From: Gekko japonicus
Taxonomy: Eukaryota
Direction of reading: 5' to 3'
Assembly (NCBI RefSeq): GCF_001447785.1
Contig: NW_015175988.1
Location: 657,286-721,285 of the forward strand
Length of the DNA stretch: 64,000 bases
The notes under the pieces were generated by a model. It did not search any database. It worked only from the letters and a program-made list of their open reading frames with translations, and was not told the DNA's origin. The translations under genes were made by a program, and so were the position numbers. Positions 12,369 through 26,700 of this stretch are shown piece after piece (positions within the stretch are counted from its first letter, which is position 1; the number at the start of each line of letters is the position of its first letter).

Positions 12369-13410
12369 GTGAGTGCCAATGTGGTGTAGTGGTTAAAAGT
12401 GTTGACCCAGGATGTGAAAAAACCCAGCTTTCCAATCCCCACTCTGTCATGGAAGCTTTGCTGGGTGACCTTGGGCCACTCACAGGTTCTCAACCTAACC
12501 TACCTCATAGGGTTATTGTGAGGATCAAATGGAGGAAAGGAGAAGAATACAAGCCGCTTTGAGTTCCCACTGGAGTGAAAAGCAGGATATCAATAATGTA
12601 AATCAGCCAAGCAATAAATAAGTTGTGCATTGCCTTGCCTTCAAAATCTTTTCTGAGTCCCACTGAAACAAATGGAGAACTTGCCTGCAGACTGCTTATG
12701 CAAGGTGTTCTCTTGTGCCTGGTTATAACTACTTTTATATATTATTTTCAATAGGTCTAGCAGCTTGCTGTTTACTCAGAAGCAAGTCCCATTAAGACTG
12801 ATGGGGCTTACTGCTGAGTAGCTGTGCATAAGATGGTAGCCTGATCCTGTCCATGCTTACATGGAAAGTACAATGAGTCCCACTGAGTTCAAAGGAAGTT
12901 ACTCTTGAGTCAGTAAGCACAGGATTGCAATCTTAGGCAGTACTTACTAGGAAGGAAGCCTGCTTATTATGCTTCAATCAGCCGGACTTGTTTCTTCAAA
13001 AGCATTTAGAATCTGATTACCAGTACTTTAATACTATTCTGCCTTGTTTTATTGACACATTCTTGGAGGAGAGGTCTACAAGTGGCTACTAGCCATGACT
13101 AAAGAGAACCTCCACATTCAGAGGTAGTAAACCTCTGAATACCAGTGTCAGGGGTAACATTGGGGGAAATGTTTGCCTCTGTGACCTGTTGTTGGCCCTC
13201 CAAAGTAACTGGCTGGCCACCGTGAGAGACTGGATGCTTCACTGGACGGTTTGATACAGCAGGGCTCTTACATTCCCATGTTCTTACTCTCTTATGGGCT
13301 TGAAGTTAGAAAACTATTAAGGACAAATTTCTTCCAATAGGATATTTTCAAATGTTAGGGCAATGACATTTTTTCCCTAGCATAGAATTTAATGTTTGTT
13401 TAGAATACAC

Positions 13411-13916
13411 ATTAGGGGTATGCAGTCAGAAATTGCCAACAAAATAAAATGTCCAGTATTTCAGATATCTGAACTGCAATATCTGATACTACTCCTGCCT
13501 CATCAACACAATTCCTGATTCAGATATTACCACTCCCAATGATATCAGGATAGTAGTCCTGGAGGCTGTTACCTTCCCACTGAAGTGGTACCTATTTATC
13601 TACTTGCAATTTCTTGCTTTTGAACTGTTAGGTTGGTAGGAGCTGGAACTAGAGACGGGAGGCTCACTCCGTCATGCGGCAACTCGGGTCTCGAACTGCT
13701 GAACTACTGACCTTCCACAGCCTGCAGTTCAGCGTCTTAACCACTTGAGCCACCGCAGCTCCCTACATGACTATAGCTCTAATTAAATATTGGCAGTATT
13801 GTTCTGATATTTCTGGAACAATAACAGTTCTCCTGATACTTAAATGATAATCATGCCCTTCCCAACTTCCCGATATGGAATTTAAAAAAATGATTTTTCA
13901 GTTGCATACCCCTAAT
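13411..13916. mobile_element. TIR element carrying an inserted Sauria SINE fragment
   Basis: Ends ATTAGGGGTATGCA / TGCATACCCCTAAT; internal 13560-13765 is a minus-strand Sauria SINE 5' part. Confidence 0.7.
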
Positions 13917-14089
13917 CCTCATTTTAGTTTTCGGTTTTTCAGAAAATTCTGCTTGTAAGCTGTCGGTGATCTTTAAATAGTAGAAATTGCTCATATTGGA
14001 AAGTACTTAATAACATCTTTCCAAACCATTGATGTGTAGTGGCAAGCAATATTCTGGATATGTTCACCTGATCAGAATTGGCAAGTAGC

Positions 14090-14395
14090 ATTTTAGATGT
14101 GGATTTTGCTGCCAGAGGATATAGTGATGGCCACAGGAATAAACAGCTTTAAAAGGAGATTAGATATATTCATGGAGGGTTAGTCTATCAATGGCTACTA
14201 GCCATAATGACTGAGGGGAACCTCCACATTCAGAGGCACTATTCCTCTTAATCCCTGAGCCAGGAGGCAACATCAGGGGAAGGCCTCAGGCTCTATGCCC
14301 TGTTGTTGGCCATCCAGAGGAACTGTTTGGCTACTGTGTGAGACAGGATGCTGGACTGGATGGACTATTGGTCTGATCCAGCAGGGCTCTTCTTA
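14090..14395 (+). mobile_element. CR1-type LINE 3' end (related: 13050-13285, 2215-2320, 21505-21745, 63320-63620)
   Basis: gaggatatagtgatggccac...ctttaaaaggagattagat...atcaatggctactagcca, the CR1 3' signature. Confidence 0.7.
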
Positions 14396-15213
14396 TATAT
14401 GTTAAGATTGTATTTTATCATAATCAAATGATGAGATGACTCTTTTATTTAGGATACTGCTGTCTTTACTAGTCAGGACTGGATGTATAGGTTTTAGGAA
14501 AATGGGGAATTTGGTATAAGTGCCACTCTGTTAGTATCCTGTAACCAGACAGTAAGATGTATTTTTTAGTATGCCCCATTCTAAAGAATGTTGCAAATTT
14601 CTATGTGGTCTGCTGTAGAAGTCCACTTTTTCCCCACTGTTGCTTAAAGTGTCTGGGAAACTGAATAAACATAGTATAATCATGAACACACCAGCTGTTG
14701 TGTACTTTAAACATCTTGATAATCTGAGACCCTGGAACAGTCTGAAAATATAGATAGCCACTGCAATAGGTGGACTGTATATGTATATAGGAAACCCAAG
14801 TTCCGCAGGGCCTGCAAGACAGAGCTCTTCCACCAGGCTTTTAGTTAGGGAGCCACCACTATTCTAGAGCCCTGGCTCTTGGTCCTTAACATCTTGGATC
14901 TTAACACCTAACCTGTGCCTCAGGGAGATCCAGAGCAGAACGACTTTCAGAGAGTACATCGAGTTAAGCCATCCTGAATAATCAATCCCAGCATTTTGTA
15001 GCAGTTGCAATTATGTAACAAATCAATTGCAATTATGTAACAGTAATAACAATGGAATTGTTTTTATATGATTTTATGTCGTTTTTAACTGTATTTATGT
15101 ATTACGTATTGATTGTGAGCCGCCCTAAGCCTGCATTGCAGGGAGGGCGGGGTACAAATTTGAATAATAAATAAATAAATAAATAAATAAAACAGCTTGT
15201 TGGCAATTAGGCT

Positions 15214-15619
15214 NNNNNNNNNNNNNNNNNNNNNNNNNNNNNNNNNNNNNNNNNNNNNNNNNNNNNNNNNNNNNNNNNNNNNNNNNNNNNNNNNNNNNNN
15301 NNNNNNNNNNNNNNNNNNNNNNNNNNNNNNNNNNNNNNNNNNNNNNNNNNNNNNNNNNNNNNNNNNNNNNNNNNNNNNNNNNNNNNNNNNNNNNNNNNNN
15401 NNNNNNNNNNNNNNNNNNNNNNNNNNNNNNNNNNNNNNNNNNNNNNNNNNNNNNNNNNNNNNNNNNNNNNNNNNNNNNNNNNNNNNNNNNNNNNNNNNNN
15501 NNNNNNNNNNNNNNNNNNNNNNNNNNNNNNNNNNNNNNNNNNNNNNNNNNNNNNNNNNNNNNNNNNNNNNNNNNNNNNNNNNNNNNNNNNNNNNNNNNNN
15601 NNNNNNNNNNNNNNNNNNN
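15214..15619. other. Assembly gap (N)
   Basis: Run of N. Confidence 1.
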
Positions 15620-17685
15620 GGGCTTTTTTCTAGCAGGAACTCCTTTGCATGTTAGGCCACACACCCCTAATGTAGTCAATCCCAATGAGTTTCTGCTGTT
15701 GGGTGTGGCCTATTATGCTAATGAGTTCCTGCTGGGTGTGGCCAACTTGGAAGCCAGCTGGAACTCCATTCCTGTGTGTTCCTGCCCAAAAATAGCCTTG
15801 AGGCACACCATTAAAACCTGTAGAAAATGACACACAAATGTTGCTTTACCTCAAAGCACCTCCCCCATTTCAATTTATCTTATAAGATTTATGGCTGAAT
15901 TATAGTTGAGTGTGGTACAGACACGACAGAGTCCTTCCCCAGATAAAGCACAGTTGGATATTTCACACACAAGGCTTTTGTTCAAGAAGAGCACCAAAAA
16001 TATTAGGGAGACTCTTTGCACTACTTAGTGGATAAGTTACACTAAAATTGTTTTGGATTTTATATGGTAGGATGTTTTTCTATGCAAAATGGCACTGATT
16101 TCAACTTTGTATATTATAATACAAACGCAACAGGTTTTCGGGGTGTTTTGTAGCCTTGAGGTATGTAAGCCCATATGTTTCAGTGGTTGGAAATACAGTC
16201 CTTATAAAGTCAGCAAAACCATCATGGAACCTTGCTCTGTGTACTGTGCTCAGCAGGATCTTGCAGTAGCTCCAGCACAGGAAATTTTCTGCTTAAAAAA
16301 GAGAAGCTTTTGAAATACTCAGGCTGGAGATTCTTGTATTAGAAGATTAAATTTAGAATGATCTGTCTTTTGGGTTTTTGTTTTTTTACTTTTTAAAAAT
16401 TCTTTAGGGATGTTAGCATGAAGACTGGATTTTAGTCTATAGTGCAGGAAGCAAACCTGAAAGAATGTGCTGGGGAATTACAAAACCACCCACAACACCA
16501 GGAGACCAGTCCTAAGCATGTTCAACTCAGAATCCTACTCACGTCTAGTCAGTAGGACTTACTCCCAGGAAAATGAAGAAAGAACAGAGACATACTAACA
16601 TCTTGCTACAGGCACTTGATGTACGTCAATCAGTAAAGAAAAAACGTCATGTGGATCCTTGACCTGAACAATTCTGTAACATTCGTTTTGGAACAAGCCT
16701 TATGCCTGTTAATATTTTTCCAAAAGGCACTCCTCTTTGGCAACAGTGTGATGTGCCCATGAGTTTTTGAACAAGCTGCTTTCTCCCAATCAGTAACTTT
16801 TGTCAGCTGTTCTGTATGATGAAAGTTCACTGGGATAGAAGTGAGACTTGCATAGGAAAGATGAGGAAATTGTTCCCTTACATTTTGCTCAAATAGAAGT
16901 TGCTATACACACACACATACACACACACAAGTGGGGTATCCACATTTCCCCTCCCCAACTTTTTCCTCATTCCCTTTCCTGAAAGCTCATTTAGCCTCTC
17001 CCCCTTTTTCCTGCTTCCTTATCTCCTACCTACCCATCTGCCAACCTACCTTTGTCTCCTTCCCCCAGCAGCCTGTACGTGGGAAACCTATGGGCCAGTT
17101 GCATAGTACAGAGCACCCAAAGGCTTTCAGGGGGTGCATAACTTCCCCTTGTATCTCCCTCTCCACACGATTCCCTCTTTCTGTCCTGGTGGCCTTTTTG
17201 TGCTTCCTTCTCTCTTTCCCACCCACCAACCAGCCAATCTTTTATCTCCCCCATTGCCAGCTATATTTATTATTTACTTAATTTATACCCTGCCTTTCTC
17301 CACAGTGGGAGGACCAAAAACAGCTTTCATCATTCTCCTCTCCTCTATTTTATCCTAAAACAACCCTGTAAAGTCACTTAGGCTAAGAATATGTAACTGG
17401 CCCAAGGTCACTCAGGAACTTCCACAACAGGGTTGTGATTCAAGAGAAGTGATCACTTTCTCTGCTAGCTGAATAACAGCGCGTGAAACCTGCCTGCCAT
17501 TTAAGTGGCACCCCTAGAAGTTGCATCTTTTGAGTGCAACATCATAATCCTCAACAGGATTTACAGTGGCACACTGCTGGGCAGTGATGTGTTTCTGCCA
17601 CATCTTAACTCAAGTTCTGGAAAGAAGTAGGAAGGGAACTCAGTGACACAACCAAAGCTGCCCACAATCCAAATCTACTGCTCTG

Positions 17686-17739
17686 TCATTTGCCCTCTTT
17701 GAGTAAACCAGCAATTTCCCCAAGCAAGAAGAGAATGAC
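17686..17739 (-). CDS. Trihelix gene putative last coding exon
   Basis: actccatag| [17 protein letters not shown]; phase 0; amphipathic helix-like end. Confidence 0.5.
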   Translation of the reverse strand, partial: VILFLLGEIAGLLKEGK

Positions 17740-20700
17740 CTATGGAGTTTTAAATTACTTTGGGACTGCTCAATAGCATTGATGCATGTTTCCTCAGGAC
17801 CATATTTATTTTGTGGAGGTGTGTGTATTTAAGTGGTATACATGAGGATGCTGTACATGGGGGCTGGTAGTATACTTTTGCTTACACTGTGGTCTGATGT
17901 GCAGTGTAATAAGAAAGAATATAAGAAAGATCCTGTAGTAGTGGCCACCTCTAAACTCTAGTTTCTAGTTGCAACTACAGAAAGCTCTTATAATGCAAGA
18001 ACAACTGCTTTTTCTTAAGCTGTTGGTAATATAGATAAAGCTAAACTATTGGAAATTATTTGCATGGAGTTTTTCTCAAAAGCCTTTGATACGGAGCTTC
18101 TTAAAGATAAGCTCAGTAAATAAATAGTCAAAGATTACAGGCCAAAGTTTTTCTGTCTGGTTAGATATTTAGACACATCTTTAAAATGGGACATGGGAAA
18201 CAGTTTAAGGATATGCCAGTCCAGAGATCTCAGAGGGGGAAAAATGTGATACAGTTCCCTGTGCTATAAAATCAGCAAGCAATTGTGATTTTAGTTTTAT
18301 TATAATTAAATTATTCACAGTCAAGCAAAATGTGTTCAAGAAACCCATGGAACTTAATTCCAAGTGAGTACATTTAGGACTGGAGTTGCAATCAGAGTCT
18401 TGCATTGGCTCCTTTAGATTGTAAGTTTTTCATGTTGTTTTGTTGTGTAAGTCTGACTAAGGGTGAAGCAACAGAACTGCAGAATTTTAAAGGCATGACG
18501 CAAAAGCATTGCTAAAATTATGCAGACTGGACCCCACTCAGACATGTTTCTGTGGGTCTTGTTCAGTAAATTTATGCCAGGACTAAGAGGATTAAACCCT
18601 TGAAATAATTTAAGGAAGAAAACAACATTTCTGCCCTTATGCATTGTGTCTACATTATATTTGTTAAACAATGAAGCAGTTTCCTGAGTTAACTGCTAGC
18701 ATTTGATTCCATAATATAATGAAAACAAGAAAGAAGTGTGGTGTGGGAATTCGGATAAATTATATTCTGCTAGTTTGGACCACTAGTTCCCATTTAGAAG
18801 TCCCTTCTGGAATCTGTTTATTTTGCACAACAGTCTTATAAGAAAGAACAAAAAAAATTAACTAACCTGTTGTACTCCAGGGAGAACACTATCTAGCTGT
18901 ATTGCATTGGAATCTTGTATTTCTTCCTGTTTGTAAAATCTCTCTAGCAGTGTCCTTTGGCTGTGGATGACAGAATGCATGCTCTCAGATATACTTTCTG
19001 TCTGAGTTGCTACATTATCAGAAGCACTCTTCTTGAACAGAACAGGTGAAGGCTCTGTAAGGAAAAGGTGCTTATTACTTCAGAGAAAACATGTATTTGT
19101 TGAGCCTATGATGAGCTAGGGTTGCCAGGTCTTACCTGGGTCTTGGTTGGGAGCTCCAGCCCGGCTTCTGGAGTCTTCTGGAAGTGATGTCATCGCACTG
19201 GGCACATCTTGCGGGGACACTGGCATTTGGGTAAAAAACTCTATGGTCACCATAGAGTTCTTACCCAACTGCTAGAGTGTCCCCCGCACAACATGCCCGG
19301 TGACATCTGGGTGACATCATCACACTGGGTGCAGCAGGTCTCTTTGGGGGCGGGGCTCCCCTGCTGACTGGCCAGCAGCAGATTGGGGGGCCAGAAAGTA
19401 GGGAAAACCCTGCCCCCATTGGGGGGGTTGCAACCTTATGTTGAGCACATTCTAACGTAGCAACCGATGGTTCACGTCTCAACAGCTAAGAGAAACAAGT
19501 ACTTGTGAGGTCATTCACTTTTTAAAAATCTGGCACAACTGCCAGAGCGATCCTAAGCAGGTCTGCTCAGAAGTAAGTCTCATTCAGTTGGATTTACTCC
19601 CAAGAAAGTGTTTTTAGGATTGTAAATTTAAGGGAACTCCAGACTCCTGCATTTAATCATCAGAACAACCTGGTGATGTTGACTAATTTGAGACACAGAG
19701 GCTAATATACTGAAACCTAAGAAGGCTCACCTAATTTAACTCATGTAATGTAAATGAACTCAGGCATTTTTTCCTGAAATGGGTAAGCTCTGTGAACATT
19801 ATCCAGCTGAAATTAAGCATGTAACCACTTTCCATTTCAATAGGACTTAAATTCATTTAATACTGGTAGAATGTACCCTGGGGGGGGGGGGGGTTTATCC
19901 TCCATGACTGTGCAATGACAAATTTTTCCCCATAGAATGCTGTGCCAAGACTGGGAGAACTGTAGTGCCTGACTCTTACTATCAGAATGCACAGTACAGA
20001 AAAATGAAAACTTTCTTATTCTTCTCTTAATTTTAACAAATACCAGGGGGGGTTTGCTTATGGAGATATTATTGTCCTCAGATCAAAATTATTCCTATTG
20101 CACAAGGTAGCAATTCTTCTTCGTTCTGAGGTTAGACTTGCCTGTTTTCCTTGGTCTGTCTGCTACATGTGGATGCCATCATGTCCCATCATTTTCTGAT
20201 ACAAATTTCTGTTATGGAGCCAGTTTGGTGTAGTGATTAAGTGAGGTGGACTCTAATCTGGAGAACTGGGTTTGATTCTCCACTCCCCCACTTGAAGCCA
20301 GCTGGGTGACCTTGGGTCAGTCACAGTTCTCTCAGCCCCTGAAATAAACCTAACTCACCACGAAAAGAGCTAGAGTTTCAGTCTGCCAGATAATCTTCGA
20401 ATCTCCTGGCCATACTGCACCCACTGTCATGTGATAATTAATTATCCAAGCGTATTTCTTTGGTCTGCATGGCAGACCTATGAAGTCAGCTCCCTGTCTG
20501 TAATCAGGGGCTCTGGAAAAGCTGCTTGTTCAGCTCTCAGGGCCCAGTGTAGGGATTAATTACCAACAGCATGATATTGGTATGGATCTCACTACTCCAC
20601 CAGGCTAAGTTTGGAGACTTCCTCTAATGGGTGCCACTTAGGCTTGCTACCGCCCCCGTTAGAGCGGGGGGTCCCCAGATTTGAGATCCCCCCACCCCCG

Positions 20701-23700
20701 CTTTTTGAGAATTGGCCGGCGGGGGGGGGCACGTCTGCCTTCAAAGAGTCTAGTCCGCTACTCGCCTCGCCTCCTTAGCGCCACCCACTCCCGGCATCCC
20801 TCCTTTGGCGGGCGATCTGCCTGTGTGCCGCCTGCATTCCTCCCAAGCCCTCAAGTGACATCACTTGACCTTTGACCTGGAAGTGGCATTTCTCCTGGCT
20901 CCACCCCCCATACTGCTCCACCGGGCTAAGTTTGGAGCCTTCCTCTAACGGGTGCCACTTAAGGTTGGATCTGTGCCATTGTGTGCAACTAGTAATAGTC
21001 TTAGCATATGAAGAAAAGCATTTGCATTGGAATGGACATACGATACAACTTTATCTGCATTGTGCATAAATGATAAGGGCTGTATTGACAGTATGTCATA
21101 TGACTAAAAACATATTCAATCGCATTAATATTTATTGGGTGATTCACCACATGAAGTGGCACCCACTGCAACTTATACATACCAAAGTCAGGTATGTGAG
21201 TCTGTCCTTGTATGCCATTCATGTGGTGGTCCTGTGAGCACAAGCCTCCTAAGATGGGGACAGAGCACTGATTTCATCTTTTATGGCCTGTTCCTGTCAA
21301 ACAGCGAATCCTCACAGTGGAATAACAACAAGAAATTCTTACCATCTTCAGATGCTTTTCTCTTGACATTCAAGGACCCGGCATCCATGATTGCTTCTGT
21401 AACTGTATCTTTTAAAAGACAATAATAAACATTGTGACAACATTGTGGTCCAAATGCATTGCTCAACTAGATAACACAAATACATTGTTAGTTTGAGGAA
21501 GATAAGAATGTAAGAGAAGCCAATGTTGGATCAGGCCAATGGCCCATCCAGTACAACACTCTGTCACACAGTGGCCAAAAATACCAGGTGCCATCAGGAG
21601 GTCCATCAGTGGGGCCAGGACACTAGAAGTCCTCCTACTATTTGCCCCCCCCCAAGCACCAAGAATACAGTGCATCACTTGCCCCAGACTGAGAGTTCTT
21701 GTCTATACCCTGTAGCTAATAGCCACTGATGGACCTCTGCTTCATATAATTTGAAGTCATAAGCAAGGGAAATTCTGGAACTGCTACATTCTCTTTTGGC
21801 AACCCTGTCAGGTTCCCAAGGCAAGACATTCAGAGGTGGTTTGCCATTGTCTGCCTCTGCGTAGCGATCCTGGACTTTCTTGGTGGTCTTCCATCCAAGT
21901 ACTAACTGGGGTCGACCCTGCTCAGTTTCCAAGATCTGACACAGGTCATGGCAGTGTTGCAGTAGACCTACTAATTAGAACTGGTAGGGGGAATTCACGC
22001 TCCAAAAGGGAAGGGATAGGAGGAAGATGGAGTGCATGATTGTGTGATATGTTAACCAACTCAAGAGATTTACACCAGCAGTAGTTATTAATGTTTTGAT
22101 CTGTTGGGATGTAAACTTGCTAGTATTGCATCCACAAGGTTTTAGAAGCATCTTTTTTCCTTTTCTCCCACAATATTGACTTCTGTAAAGCACCTGATAC
22201 TTTAAATTATTGTTCAATGTGGAGTCTGCAGTATTAGTTTCCCCGCCTGTGTGCATATACATACCTAAGGGCTGGCTTCTCAAAATGCAATTGATCTCAT
22301 CATAAAATCTCATCCTCCTTCTGGCACTTCCAAGCTGACTGTTGTCTTTTTGCAGTGCCCGGTATTCATATTTTAAGTTCTTGTATTTTGTCCGACACTG
22401 CTTCCAGTCTCTGTCTATTCCAACTTTCATTAACCTTCTGGCGATCTCCTCAAATATTTCCTTATTCCTTGTCGCTCCTTCAAGTGTTTGCTGGATTTCC
22501 TCATCCGACCATATATTTATCAAAGCTCTGACTTCATTATCACACCAGTGTTTTCCTACTCCTGCATCGTTAACTGTGATCACCCTAAAGTGGTTCTGTG
22601 CTTCATCCAAGGACATTTGATTTTCTGCAAGTAGATAATAAAGGAATTGGGGAAAAAAATAGATGAATATTCAGGAATTAAATACTTTGGCTCGTTTGCT
22701 GTAAAGCTGGTGGGAACTGAATACACTTCTGAGTTATAGTCACTGTGTATTTAATCAGGGAAGAGGGTCTGAACAGTATTTTTTGCATTGTCAGTGCAAA
22801 ATGGAACTGGGTACGGAAGGTCCTGCCTCACTGTTGTATATCATATATCCTCCTAACGTACTGCCCCTTAAAAGTATTTACTTCCTGGGCTGTTTTCTAA
22901 CAATGATGAAACATGTATGAGATTAGAAACAGAGACCATTAAATAATAAACCAGTGGTCCATCCTGTGGCAAAACCCGAGTCTCCAGAGTCTAAGATACA
23001 GTCTGGTCTCTAGGACTCACTTCCTATAGGAGGAGCTGAGGAGAAAAGTGGCACAGAGGATATACAGCTATTGCTGGAAATACCAGTTCTGCTTTCCTAT
23101 GGATGGATATATCTGGTCCGGGGAAGAAAAATTCCTAAATTATTAATGCTTGACTTATTAAACTCCTACTGAAACCTTGGCTGCTGGTGCAACGCAGACA
23201 GCGGCACAGCAAGTCAATATGCTCTTTGTGTAGAGAACAGAAATATACTCCCTCCCCCCACAAAAGGATCTGCAACTTCTCTGCATTCTGGATCAATAGT
23301 GCCCACACCCACCAATCACAGAGCAGCCTGCTGACAATACCGTCATGTCAGTCATACATTGAAGCAACAAAGTATGCAAATACTGGCACACTTTTTTGGT
23401 GTCATCCTGCCCTACGTACATGAAGTTCACAACGAAGGAAGGAACAAAAGAAACACGGTGCCCTCTGTTGTGGGGTGGACTGTGGCTTGCTCCATAGGAA
23501 CCCTATCACTATTACAGTCCTGGAAGCTCTGAAGGTGGGGGTTGAATCCCATTCCCCCAATAACAGACCCACAGGAAAGGAAGCATGGCTGCTCCATTCT
23601 TATTGCCCAGAAGCCCCCACAGAAAGGCCATGACCTCTACCATTCAAGAGTTCAGCACTGGGACTAGGACAAGAATGCCCTTAGGAGCAGCTTTTTGCAA

Positions 23701-26700
23701 AGCAGGTGGTGAGGGAGACACTCACTAAGTCAGAAGCAAGAGAACGCTCAACAACTGTTAAACAGTCCGAGCATTTATTGGACTTTATCTGAATCCCAGT
23801 CGGATGAACGAGGCTACCAGTCCTCTTGTTTCATCAAGATTCCCGTGCTTTTTAAAACGGCGTTGACTGATCACAGGATGGTAACCCTGTTCCTATCACT
23901 GAATGCTCATGTACAACTCTACTGGTCAAACAGTGGTGTGTTAAACAGTGGCAGGAACGTGGCTACAGCTAGAGAGCTGGCAATGGCACAGTAGAACAGC
24001 TAAATACACAGTCGCTGCATTTGCTGGACATGCTGTCGGCTCAGCAGATGGTTGTCGTTGCACTCTGAGCAGGGTCCATCCTGGCCTCTGCCCCTGTTTG
24101 AGGGCTGCCTGGAGGAAAAAAAACAACACAAGGAGAGTCCTGAGTAAGGTTCTGCAGTAGCAACCAACACAGCATGCATGGCCGAACACTCTGCACATTG
24201 AGTGAGGTATGTGTTTGAGAGAGTGGCCCCTCCTCCGTGCTCCTCCAGTTCATATGCCTCTCCTGTGGAGGTCCCCACATGACAGGATTCACCTGTTATG
24301 GGGGAGAATGGAGTCATTAGGCCAGTGGTGGCGAACCTACGGCACGGGTGCCAGAGGTGGCACTCAGAGCCCTCTCTGTGGGCACGCGTGCCATCGCCCC
24401 AGCCAGGCCCAGACCATCATTAAAGTGTCGAATTCTCTGCCAAATAATTTTAAGTAAATGAAAGCATTTGGGATTGCTTTCCTTACTTTGTTTGGATCAT
24501 CTTAAGTTAATGGATGGGTTGTTTTTTTCTAAAGTAAAACCTCAGTGTTCAGGTTAAATTGCCATGTTGGCACTTTGCGATCAATAAGTGGGTTTGGGGT
24601 CGCAGTTTGGGCACTCGGTCTCTAAAAGGTTCGCCATCACTGCGTTAGGCCAATACTCACCCGTCCTTTGTAGGCAGCTGCATTAGAATTCTTATCTGCA
24701 GTTTGGGTTGCTGTGTGCGGTTCTAATCCTGTAAGCAAAAGGGGCTGTTAGTGTTTGGTCAGCAGCAGCCATTATTGGCATGACTAGGAATCACCCAGAA
24801 ATGTGAGCGCGAGCCTTATTTTTACCCACATGCATGACACTGTGATGATATTTTTCCAGCATTATCTCCAAGGGGGGCTGTTTCTGTGCCTCCTACTAGC
24901 CCCTGTTGAAAGAGAATTGCAGAGTCAGTATACAATAGGTATGTTTATTTATATTGTGGGGGAAGGGGAAGATTTACAGCAACTGACATAGGGGTTTTCC
25001 TTATTTGCTTACCTGTGTATGGTGTACAGTCCTTGCATCTCTATTAGGAGGAACGGAGGATCCAGTTTAGTGGCTGCATCCTAAGGTGGATTACCTGTAA
25101 ATGTTCTGAGCACAGCAGCATTTGACAGTATGCTATAGCAGTTTTCCCCTCATTCTTGGCAAAGTTATTATTTATTTTAAAAAATTATTAGCCACCTTTC
25201 TGCCTCACGGCACTCAAGGCACCATACACTATTTTTTTAAAAAAAAGTTATAGAAAAGATGACAATTTAAAATCTAAGTTAGGACTGCCGATAAATAAAA
25301 ACCAAATTGGTGAAATGCAGTCCTAAATAAAATTGTCTTCAGCTTCCTCCTGAAGATGAAAAGTGAGGGGGTTGGGTGCAACTTCCTGGGGAGGTTTTCC
25401 ATAATTGTTGGGGCTGCCACCGAAAAGCCCTCTCTCATGCGCCCATCAGTTGAGCTTCTTTGATTGGTGGGACAGTCAGGAGGGACTTTCCGTGTGATCT
25501 TAACAGGTGGGAACATAGATAGTCCTCCAGATACCCTGGTTCCAAGCCATGTAAGGCTTTAAAAGACAAAACCAATGCCTTGAACTTAGGAGTGGATCGG
25601 TAGCCAGTGTTATTGCTGTAGTATTGGGGTCACACACTCCCGATAACTGGCCCTGACCAGCAGTCTAGCCACAACTTTCTGCAGTAGCTTCAGCTTCTGA
25701 TTCTGAACACTCTTCAGGGGTAGCCCCAAGTAGAGTGCATTGCATTAGTCCAGTCTAGATGTAACTAAGGCATGGATCACTGTGGCTTGCTCTGACTGAC
25801 CCAGGAATGGATGCAGCTGCACCAGGTGAAACTGGGCAAAAACACTCCAAGTCACTCAGGCACCTTTTCTAAGGTGACTGATGTGTCAAGCAGCAGTCCC
25901 AAGCTGCCAACCCATTCCAAGAGAGGAGGTATCTCAAGTCTGGTCGGCCTTTCTACTGATCCAGAGAACCTTTGTCTTGTCAGGATTAAGTTTCAGTTGG
26001 TTCACCCTCATACAGTCCATTACTGACTCCAACCACCAGTTCAGAACATCAATAACATCTGTAGAATTAGGTGGAAAAGAAAGGTAGAGCTGAGAATCAT
26101 CTGCATACTGGTGCCACCACAGCCTGTATCTCCTAATGACCTCTCCTAGTGGCTTCATATACATCATAAATAGCCCAGGGAATAAGATGGGAACCCTGTA
26201 GGACCTCACAGGTGACCAGTCATGAGGCAGAGCAGGAATCCCCCGACACTGTCTTCTGAGACTAACCTTCCAGAGAGGACTTGAAGCACCATAATACGGT
26301 GCTCTTTTGTCCCAGCACAGAGAGGCAGCTCAGTAGGTACCATGGTTAATTAGTATCAAAGGCCACTGAGAGATCCAGCAGAACTAGCAGGGTCACATTC
26401 CCCCTATCTAGTTATCAATAGAGATCATCAACCAAGGTCACCAAAGCAATCTCTGTTCCAAATCCCAGCCTGAAGCCAGATTGAAATGGGTCTCGGAAAT
26501 CAGTCTCTTCCAAGAACCCTTAAAACTGAGAAGAAACCATCTGCTGTAGCACCTTGCCCAAGAATCAAAGATTGGATACTAGCTGGAAATTCTCCATCAT
26601 AATAGGACTCAGGGAACTTTTTTGTGCAAAATGCTCATCTTTTAGCATTCCTGTCACATGCATGTTCTAAGTGCATACAACACCAAGACAGATGTTACCA

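Noticed and set aside
14531-14652. Possible minus-strand terminal exon (DTLSNSGEKVDFYSR...TGY*)
   Set aside because: Good acceptor but phase 1, incompatible with the phase-0 donor at 18867; it could only be an alternative end after the 21343 exon, and nothing else supports that.
15125-15685. ORFs spanning N runs
   Set aside because: Artefacts of the assembly gap.
23466-24283. Possible solo LTR (TGTTGTGGGG...CCCCACATGACA)
   Set aside because: The termini are suggestive, but there is no matching TSD and no second copy to confirm.
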